From positions 14,910-78,909 of the forward strand of contig CAZZCH010000002.1 in the NCBI GenBank assembly GCA_964652895.1: a DNA stretch of 64,000 bases, written 5' to 3'. The notes beneath the pieces are model-generated. The model was not told where the DNA came from, ran no database searches, and was given only the letters and a program-made list of their open reading frames with translations. Of this stretch, positions 28,824 through 36,086 are shown one piece after another. Positions within the stretch are counted from its first letter, which is position 1. The number at the start of each line of letters is the position of its first letter. Source of the DNA: an uncultured Eubacteriales bacterium (GTDB taxonomy: Bacteria; Acidobacteriota; Aminicenantia; Aminicenantales; Saccharicenantaceae). The position numbers and the translations under genes were made by a program.

Positions 28824-30362
28824 TTAGCGGCGGCCGCCGAGGATGGAGCCGAGGACGCCGCGCAGGATGGAACGGCCGAGCTGGCTGCCGACCGAACGGG
28901 CGGCGCTCTTGGCCATGGCCTCCATCAAGGTGTCCCGGGGACGGCCGGCGCGACGGCGCGGCGCCTGGGGATGATCGGGATAAGGCCGGGAGGTTCTCGC
29001 CTGGCCCGGCTGTGGCCCGGGCGGAGGCGGATAGCCGTAGGACGACGGCTGAGTTTGGGCCTGGGCCGCTGCCGCCGCTTCCCTCTCGGCCCGGGCCTTG
29101 AGCATTTCATAGGCCGATTCCCGGTCGACGGCCTGCTCATAGTGGCCATAAACGAGGGAACCGCGGATGACCGCCTGGCGCTCGTCCGGCGTGATCAGTC
29201 CGATCCGGCTGTGCGGCGGAAGGACAAAGGCCCGTTCCACGATCCCCGGCCGTCCTTTCTCGTCGAGGAAGGATATCAGGGCCTCGCCGACGCCGAGCTG
29301 GCTAATGGCCGTCTCGACGTCGACCTTGGGGTTCTGCCGGAAGGTCTCGGCCGCGGACTTGACCGCCTTCTGGTCCCTGGGGGTGAAGGCCCTGAGGGCG
29401 TGCTGGACGCGGTTGCCGAGCTGGCCGAGGATGACGTCCGGAACATCGAGCGGGTTCTGGGTGACGAAGTAGATACCGACGCCCTTCGAGCGGACGAGGC
29501 GGACGACCTGCTCGATCTTCTCCAGCAGGGCGGGCGGCGTGTCCGTGAACAAGAGGTGGGCTTCATCGAAGAAGAAGACGAGCCGCGGCTTGTCCACGTC
29601 ACCGACTTCGGGCAGGCGTTCGAAGAGCTCGGCCATCAGCCAGAGGAGGAACGTCGAATACGCCCGGGGCGTCAGCATGAGCTTATCGGCGGCCAGGATG
29701 TTGATGATGCCGCGGCCGTTGCCGTCCGTCTGCATGAGATCTTCGAGCTCGAGGCCGGGCTCGCCGAAGAACTTGTCGGCCCCCTGATCTTCGAGCGTCA
29801 ACAGGCCGCGCTGGATGGCTCCTATGCTGGCTGGCGAGACCCGGCCGTATTCCGTCTCGAACTCGGCGGCGTGGTCGCCGGCGAACTGGGCCATGGCCCG
29901 GAGGTCCTTGAAGTCGAGGAGGTGGAGCCCGTTGTCGTCGGCGATGCGGAAGGCGATGCTCAGGACCCCGCTCTGAACATCGTTGAGGTTGAGGAGGCGC
30001 GAGAGGAGCAGAGGGCCCATATCGGAAACGGTCGTCCGCACGGGGTGGCCCTGCTGGCCGAAGATGTCTCAGAAGGTCGCCGGCGAACCTTCGAAGGCGT
30101 GATCGACGAGCCTGAGGAAACCGATCCGTTCCTGGATCTTCGGCGTGGCCGTCCCCGGCCGGCTGACGCCGGCCAGGTCGCCCTTGACGTCGGCCATGAA
30201 GACGGGGACGCCGATGCGGCTGAAGTTCTCAGCCATGACCTGGAGGGAAACCGTCTTCCCCGTACCCGTAGCCCCGGCGACGAGGCCGTGACGGCTGGCC
30301 ATCTTCGGAAGCAGGTACAGGTCTCTCTCGCCCTTGGCGATCAGAAGTCCTTCGGGTGCCAT
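28824..30362 (-). pseudogene. DUF853 / HerA-like P-loop ATPase (YjgR family) interrupted by one in-frame TGA at 30069-30071
   Basis: Two same-frame ORFs. The N-part has Walker A GATGTGKT. The C-part has [36 protein letters not shown] and QNPLDVPD. The junction reads [18 protein letters not shown]. Confidence 0.75.
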
Positions 30363-30387
30363 GGTTCCCTCCCTAGAGCTGCCGAAC

Positions 30388-31152
30388 TCACCAACTCAGG
30401 CTTTCGCGAAAGAGGCCGGAGACGGTCTGTTCCAGGGCCGCCCGGAACTTCTCGACGGTCGAGATCTCCTCCCCGGTCCAATAATCCCGGATGAAAAGGG
30501 GCCGGCCGACATTGACCTTGATCGTCGCCGGAACTCCCCACATGATGTGAGTCCCGAAGATCGACATGGGCGTGACGGGGACGGATAAGCCGTCCTGCTT
30601 GAAAAGGTTGTAGGCCATGATGGAGACGCCCCGCCGGAAGCTCTTGACGTAGGGGTTCGGGTCCTTGGGGTGGACGCGACCGCGGCCCTGCAGGGCAATG
30701 ACGGCCCTCCCCTTCCTCAGATAGTCCTGGCACTTGAGGATCGACTCGCGTTTGCTGCCGTAGATGTCGACGGGAATGGAGCCGACCTTGGCCGCGTTCC
30801 CGGAGACGAAGTGCACGACAAGGGTATAGATCGGGTTGAGGATGAGGTGGACGAACCCGCCGAACTTGCCCATATGCCTGTGGAGGTGACGGAGCACGAG
30901 CTCGCTCGCCTCCTTTTTATCGAAGATCATCTTGTTGGCCGTGAAGTAGATCATCCGCGGCACGGTCCGGAGCAGGATGGCCACGTCCTTGTAGCTCCCG
31001 GTGTGGTTCCCGACGATGATGTTCGGACCTTCCCGGACGAAGTTCTCGCCGCCACGGAGATCGATCTTCTTGGGGATAATGAAGAGCCGCGTCACGAGAT
31101 TGACGGACTTCTGGATGCGTTTGAATTCTTCTTCGAACGTGGCCACGGGCAT
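30388..31152 (-). CDS. Lysophospholipid (PlsC-type) acyltransferase family protein
   Basis: 254 aa. Acyltransferase block IVGNHTGSYKD (His-to-Asp spacing is one residue longer than the classic HX4D) and a later ...GRGRV... block. Confidence 0.55.
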   Translation of the reverse strand: MPVATFEEEFKRIQKSVNLVTRLFIIPKKIDLRGGENFVREGPNIIVGNHTGSYKDVAILLRTVPRMIYFTANKMIFDKKEASELVLRHLHRHMGKFGGFVHLILNPIYTLVVHFVSGNAAKVGSIPVDIYGSKRESILKCQDYLRKGRAVIALQGRGRVHPKDPNPYVKSFRRGVSIMAYNLFKQDGLSVPVTPMSIFGTHIMWGVPATIKVNVGRPLFIRDYWTGEEISTVEKFRAALEQTVSGLFRESLSW

Positions 31153-31270
31153 GGGACTATTCTACAAAATCCGCCCGGGAAACACAAAGAGCGCCCGGGC
31201 CGGCTCGGCCGCTTGCGAACGCCCGTCAGGCGTGTTAATTTAGGCCAGTCACCAGGTCAAGGAGGCGCCC

Positions 31271-32440
31271 ATGGTCACACTGATTCGCGGCGGAGACGTC
31301 TTCGCCCCCGAGTCCCTCGGCCGGAAAGACATCTTGCTCGCCGGAGGCGCGATCGAGGCCGTGGCCGAGCCGGGCCGCATCCGGGTCGACGGCCTCGAGG
31401 CCAAAACCGTGGACGCGGCCGGGAAGCGCGTCTTCCCCGGGCTCATCGACCCCCACGTCCACATCCTGGGAGGCGGAGGGGAAGGCGGCCCGGCGACGCG
31501 CGCCCCCGAGATCAGGGTCGAGGATATCATCTCGAACGGCGTCACGACCGTCATCGGCTGTCTGGGGACCGACGGCGTCACCCGTCACATGACCTCCCTC
31601 CTGGCCAAGGCCCGGGCGGTCGAGCTCGAGGGCGTTTCGACGTTCATCTATACGGGGTCCTACGAGATCCCCGTCCGGACCCTGACCGGGAGCGTCCGGT
31701 CCGACCTCATCGTCGTCGACAAGGTCGTCGGCGCGGGCGAGATCGCCGTGAGCGACCACCGTTCCTCGCAGCCGACGTTCGACGAGGTCGCGAGGCTCGC
31801 GGCCGAATGCCGCGTCGGGGGGATGCTCGGCGGGAAGGCCGGCGTCCTCCACCTCCATCTCGGAGACGGCAAGCGCCGGCTCGAGTTCCTCTTCCGGCTC
31901 GTTCGCGAAACGGAGATCCCGGTGAGACAGGTCGTCCCGACCCACATCACCCGCAACCCGGAGCTTTTCGAAGAGGGCCTCGAATGGGTCGCCGGCGGCG
32001 GTTCCGTCGATATCACCGTCGGGCCTGAGCCCGTCCCGCCCGATCCGGAAGTGAGTCTCGAAGACGGCATCGCCCGCTTCCGGGAAAAAGGCCTCCCGTT
32101 CGACCGGATGATGCTCAGTTCGGACAGCAACGGCAGTATGCCCGTATTCGACGAGAGTGGCCGGCTCGTCCGGCTGACGATCGCCACGGAGAAGGATCTC
32201 TTCCGCAAGTTCGGGGACATTCTCCGCAAGGGCCTCCTGCCGCCCGAAACGGCCGTCCGGCTTTTTTCGACCAATGCGGCCGAGTTCTACAAGCTTGGGA
32301 AAAAGGGGCGTATCGAGCCGGGCCGGGACGGCGACCTCATCGTCGTCAACGGCGATCTCGGCCTGAGCGACGTCTTCGCCCGGGGGAAAAGGATGATGGC
32401 CGGCGGGCGGCTCCTCGTCCGCGGCACGTTCAGTAATTAG
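31271..32440 (+). CDS. iadA: Isoaspartyl dipeptidase (beta-aspartyl peptidase)
   Basis: 389 aa. PGLIDPHVHILGGGGEGG and the amidohydrolase metal motifs. AAGGAGG RBS. Confidence 0.8.
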   Translation: MVTLIRGGDVFAPESLGRKDILLAGGAIEAVAEPGRIRVDGLEAKTVDAAGKRVFPGLIDPHVHILGGGGEGGPATRAPEIRVEDIISNGVTTVIGCLGTDGVTRHMTSLLAKARAVELEGVSTFIYTGSYEIPVRTLTGSVRSDLIVVDKVVGAGEIAVSDHRSSQPTFDEVARLAAECRVGGMLGGKAGVLHLHLGDGKRRLEFLFRLVRETEIPVRQVVPTHITRNPELFEEGLEWVAGGGSVDITVGPEPVPPDPEVSLEDGIARFREKGLPFDRMMLSSDSNGSMPVFDESGRLVRLTIATEKDLFRKFGDILRKGLLPPETAVRLFSTNAAEFYKLGKKGRIEPGRDGDLIVVNGDLGLSDVFARGKRMMAGGRLLVRGTFSN

Positions 32441-32443
32441 AAG

Positions 32444-33892
32444 ATGGACAAGACGACCTCCAACGAACCGATGATCGAGACCGCGACCCCGATGTCCGGC
32501 CGACCGCCGAAATTCGGCCTCGCCCTCATTCCACTCGTCGCCATGGCCCTCCTCCTCGGCGTCGGCTACGGCGTATACAAGATCAAGGCGCAAGTTCTTC
32601 TCGTGGCCGCCGCCTCGATCACCGCGACGATGGGCCTCGCCCTCGGCTTCAAGTGGAAGGACATGGAGCGGGGCATCGTCGACAGCATCCACAAGGCCAT
32701 GCCGGCCATCCTGATCATGCTCTCGGTCGGCATCCTCGTCGGGTCCTGGATGGCCAGCGGTACCATCCCCATGGTCATCTATTACGGCCTGAAGCTCATC
32801 TCGCCCAAGTTTTTCCTGGCCACGGCCTGCCTCGTCTCTTCGGTCGTCGCCGTCGCCTCGGGGACCTCGTGGGGGACGATCGGAACGGTCGGCGTGGCCT
32901 TCATCGGCATCTCTATGGGCCTCGGCATCCCCCTCGGCCCGGCGGCCGGGGCGGTCGTCGCCGGCGCCTACTTCGGCGACAAGCTGTCGCCTCTCTCCGA
33001 CATCCCCAACCTGGCCACGGTCATCTCCGGGTCGAACCTCTTCGACCACATCAAGCACATGATGTGGTCAGCGGTACCGGCCTGGCTGGCCGGCCTCATC
33101 ATCTACTTTTTCGTCGGCCTGAAGTACGGGGCGTCGGCGGTCCAGTCGGACACGCTCGACCTCATCCTCCGCACGCTCAAGTCGAACTTCCGGTTCAGCG
33201 TCCTCCTGCTCCTGCCCATGGTCGTCATCTTCTATTTCGCCGTGGCCAAGAAACCGACCATCCCGGCCATGATCCTGTCCTCCCTCGTCGCCGCGGCCCT
33301 GGCCGTGCTCGTCCAAAAAATCCCGCTCACGGTCGTGGCCACGGCCATGAATTCAGGCTTGCCCGCCCGGACGGGCGTCGGGGTCGTCGACAGCCTTCTC
33401 GCCAAAGGCGGGATGATGAGCATGATGGAGACCCAGCTCATCGCTTTCACCGCCTTCGCCTTCGGCGGCATCATGCAGAGGACGGGCTGCCTGGCGGTCA
33501 TCCTGGAACGGGTGATGAAGTTCACACGGCAGGTTTGGAGCCTCGTCCTGACGACGATCGGCGCGGCCGTCCTCTCGGCCATGATCACCGGCAGTTCTTA
33601 TCTATCGATGATCCTGCCGGCCGACCTGCTCGCCCCCATATTCAAAAAGAAGGGCCTGGCCGCCAAGAATTTGTCGCGGATCATCGAAGAGAGCGGGGCC
33701 ATCATCGTGCCGCTCATTCCCTGGAGCATGGCCGGGGTCTACATCACCGGGACCCTGGGCGTCTCGACCTTCGCCTACCTGCCCTGGGCTTTCATGAATT
33801 ATCTCTCGGTCGCGATGCTGGCCCTTTTCGGCTTTACCAAGTGGACGATGGCCCCCCGCGTCCGCGACGACGAAACCCAGCCCGGGAGCTAG
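32444..33892 (+). CDS. NhaC-family Na+/H+ antiporter-type membrane carrier
   Basis: 482 aa polytopic membrane protein with an NhaC-like pattern. Starts 3 nt after iadA. Confidence 0.7.
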   Translation: MDKTTSNEPMIETATPMSGRPPKFGLALIPLVAMALLLGVGYGVYKIKAQVLLVAAASITATMGLALGFKWKDMERGIVDSIHKAMPAILIMLSVGILVGSWMASGTIPMVIYYGLKLISPKFFLATACLVSSVVAVASGTSWGTIGTVGVAFIGISMGLGIPLGPAAGAVVAGAYFGDKLSPLSDIPNLATVISGSNLFDHIKHMMWSAVPAWLAGLIIYFFVGLKYGASAVQSDTLDLILRTLKSNFRFSVLLLLPMVVIFYFAVAKKPTIPAMILSSLVAAALAVLVQKIPLTVVATAMNSGLPARTGVGVVDSLLAKGGMMSMMETQLIAFTAFAFGGIMQRTGCLAVILERVMKFTRQVWSLVLTTIGAAVLSAMITGSSYLSMILPADLLAPIFKKKGLAAKNLSRIIEESGAIIVPLIPWSMAGVYITGTLGVSTFAYLPWAFMNYLSVAMLALFGFTKWTMAPRVRDDETQPGS

Positions 33893-33932
33893 CTCCGCAC
33901 ATTTCAGCTCGGATGTACGTAAGGGACCTCTT

Positions 33933-34077
33933 TGACGCCACCCGGGCTATGACGGGGGCCATCCAGAGACCCCGTAGCGGAGGGGGACCCATCGGGAACC
34001 GATGGGGGAACCGCCGGGACTGGTTCCCGGGGGTCCGGGGGATATGGATGGCCCCCGTCATAGCCCGGGTGGCGTCA
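33933..34077. repeat. Copy A of a G-rich structured element: perfect 32-bp inverted repeat enclosing an 81-nt core
   Basis: Arms 33933-33964 and 34046-34077 are exact reverse complements. The core contains GACCCC...GGGGTC, hairpin CCCATCGG-gaa-CCGATGGG and hairpin GGAACC-9 nt-GGTTCC. Lies between the convergent nhaC-like gene and the small gene. Confidence 0.75.
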
Positions 34078-34099
34078 TCCCTCCTGGCAGTGAAACGTC

Positions 34100-34393
34100 T
34101 TAGGCCGCGGGCTCTTCGTCCTCACCCTTCTCGGCCTTCTCCAGCGCCTTCTTGAACAGCTCGTCGGCCTTGGAGTGCTTTTCCTTCTGGAGCTCGAACG
34201 TGGCGTCGAACTTGCGGTCGAACCCGCTCCGACGCTCATGCTCCTTGACGAGGAGGTCGTCGAGCGAGCCTTTTTTGCGCTTGGCTTTTTCGGACCGCAG
34301 GACGGCCCGTGTTTTGCCATCGACCCACAGGGTCGCCTCACAGCAGGGGCAGATGAGCGAAAAAACGTGGGCTTCATCTTTCGTATCGGCCAT
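34100..34393 (-). CDS. Small hypothetical protein with a CPCC motif and a Lys/Glu-rich tail
   Basis: MADTKDEAHVFSLICPCCEATLWVDGK... (97 aa from the ATG at 34393). Protein-like composition. Directly downstream of the sigma54 activator. No clear RBS. Confidence 0.45.
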   Translation of the reverse strand: MADTKDEAHVFSLICPCCEATLWVDGKTRAVLRSEKAKRKKGSLDDLLVKEHERRSGFDRKFDATFELQKEKHSKADELFKKALEKAEKGEDEEPAA

Positions 34394-34433
34394 GGGGCGA
34401 ATGTAGCATAACCCGCCCCCGTTCTTCAATAAG

Positions 34434-34487
34434 GAGGGACAGTCCCCCCCAGAGGGGACAGTCCCTCTTTGACAATCCCTCTTTGAC
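34434..34487. repeat. Tandem GGGACAGTCCC palindromes followed by two direct CCCTCTTTGAC repeats
   Basis: GAGGGACAGTCCCC (34434-34447), AGAGGGGACAGTCCCTC (34451-34467), then CCCTCTTTGAC twice (34463-34473 and 34477-34487). In the gap between the EBP gene and the small gene. Confidence 0.6.
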
Positions 34488-34495
34488 TGATCAGG

Positions 34496-35932
34496 CTACG
34501 GCCCGGCTTGAGCGGTTTTCGCTTCTATCCCGTGTTTTTTCAGCAGCTTGAAAAGCCCCTGGCGGGTCAGCCCGACCTCGGCCGCCGTCCGGGTCCGGTG
34601 ATAGCGGCAGCGGACCAGGGCCTCCCTGAGGAACCGCTTTTCGAAATCTGCCTTGGCCTCGGAGAACCGGTGGGAGGCGTGCGAATAGGTCTCCCCGGCC
34701 GGGTTGATCTTGGGCGAGAGGTACTCCTCGAGGATGAGTGGAGCGCCGTCGGCCATGATCAGGCATCTCTGGACCTCGTTCTGGAGCTCCCGGACGTTCC
34801 CGGGCCAGGGGTAGCGCAGGAGCATCTCCAACGCGACGGGCGAGAGGAAAGGCCGCGGCCGGCCCATGGACCGGGAGAATTCGTCGAGGAAATGATTGAG
34901 GAGGAGCAGAGCGTCGTCAGGCCTCTCCCGTAGGGGCGGCAGGTCGATGGCGATGATCTTCAGACGGTAATAGAGGTCCTGGCGGAAACGGCCACGCTCG
35001 ACCTCATGGTCGAGGTCCTTGTTCGTCGCGCTGACGAAGCGGGGGTCGACGGCCCGGGGGCGCGTCTCGCCGACCCGGCGGATCTTCTTCTCTTCGAGCA
35101 CGCGAAGGAGCTTAGACTGAAGGGCGAGCGGCAGGTCGCCGATCTCGTCGAGGAAAAAAGTCCCGCCCGAGGCCTCCTCGATGAGGCCCACCTTGTCCCT
35201 CACGGCGCCGGTAAAAGCCCCCCGGGCGTGGCCGAAGAGCTCGCTCTCGATGAGGGCTTCCGGGATGGCGGCACAGTTGACGGCGACGAAGGGCCCGGCC
35301 CGGCGCCGGCCCGTTTCGTGGATGATCCTGGCGGCGAGTTCCTTTCCCGTCCCGCTCTCCCCGGAGATGAAGACAGGAGCGTCCGTGTCCCGGACCTTTT
35401 CGATCATGGCCCGGACGCGCCGGACGGGAAGCGCCGTCCCCATGAACGGGCAGCCGGCCGGCGCGTCGACGGGAACCGGCACGCTTCCCTCCGGGCCGGG
35501 GCTTCCGCTTCCCCTTAAAAGGTAGAGAACGGGCGACATGGCCAAGGTCAGGAACTCCATGTTTTCCCGGGTGAAAGGGCGTCCTGGGCCGTTTCGGGCC
35601 AGATAGGCGACGCCGGCGGGAAGACCCCGGAGCGTCCAGGGATAGGCCAGGAGGCTCCGCGGATGGCCGTTCCCCTCGAGCTCTAGGTCGGCGAAGAGCG
35701 GCTCCGCGGCGAGGTCCTTGACAAGGACCGGCCGGCTCATCTCGAGGACACGGCGGACGATCGTTTCGTCCGTGTCCCGGATTGGGCCCCCCCCGCCGTT
35801 CGGCCCATCCATCCCCTTGGAGGTTTCGAAGACCCTGTTCCCTTTTCCGTCAAGTGTCCGGAAAAGGGCCTGGTCTGAGGGGACTTGGTCGAAGATGGCC
35901 TCGGCCAACCGGGAGAAGAATCGATGCGCCAT
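34496..35932 (-). CDS. Sigma54-dependent transcriptional activator (GAF sensor + AAA+ + Fis-type HTH)
   Basis: 478 aa. Walker A GESGTGKE, the GAFTGA loop ([15 protein letters not shown]), and C-terminal [22 protein letters not shown]. Confidence 0.85.
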   Translation of the reverse strand: MAHRFFSRLAEAIFDQVPSDQALFRTLDGKGNRVFETSKGMDGPNGGGGPIRDTDETIVRRVLEMSRPVLVKDLAAEPLFADLELEGNGHPRSLLAYPWTLRGLPAGVAYLARNGPGRPFTRENMEFLTLAMSPVLYLLRGSGSPGPEGSVPVPVDAPAGCPFMGTALPVRRVRAMIEKVRDTDAPVFISGESGTGKELAARIIHETGRRRAGPFVAVNCAAIPEALIESELFGHARGAFTGAVRDKVGLIEEASGGTFFLDEIGDLPLALQSKLLRVLEEKKIRRVGETRPRAVDPRFVSATNKDLDHEVERGRFRQDLYYRLKIIAIDLPPLRERPDDALLLLNHFLDEFSRSMGRPRPFLSPVALEMLLRYPWPGNVRELQNEVQRCLIMADGAPLILEEYLSPKINPAGETYSHASHRFSEAKADFEKRFLREALVRCRYHRTRTAAEVGLTRQGLFKLLKKHGIEAKTAQAGP

Positions 35933-36086
35933 GGGACCTCGGTGAAGCTCTTTCTATTGCCTTCATTAATACAACGCTCGCCGCGGCCGAATTTTCTCAG
36001 GGACTTCACCGCTTGCGTCCGTTCCCCCGAATCCCCTAAAATAGGCGGACGACAGTTCCATCGTGACTCCAGGCTAGGAGGCGTCC

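Noticed and set aside
30069-30071. Alternative genetic code (UGA = Trp or Gly) or selenocysteine at the in-frame TGA
   Set aside because: Many well-supported genes in the window terminate with TGA (for example HIT 4126, PatB 8918, APC 13451, MlaF 17687). No convincing SECIS-like hairpin follows the codon. As I recall them, homologues have Trp at this position, not Cys/Sec.
33834-34061. Short ORFs crossing the two repeat copies (33834-34061 and 38407-38697, minus strand) that share peptides such as PRTPGN.SRRFP
   Set aside because: The similarity comes from the repeated DNA itself. The ORFs lie inside long palindromes, have no RBS, and differ outside the repeat. The element is better explained as RNA or DNA structure than as coding sequence.
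35933-36086. Sigma54 promoter for the gene divergent from the activator
   Set aside because: No GG-N10-GC element with correct spacing was found. The nearest match has 11-nt spacing, which RpoN promoters do not normally tolerate.
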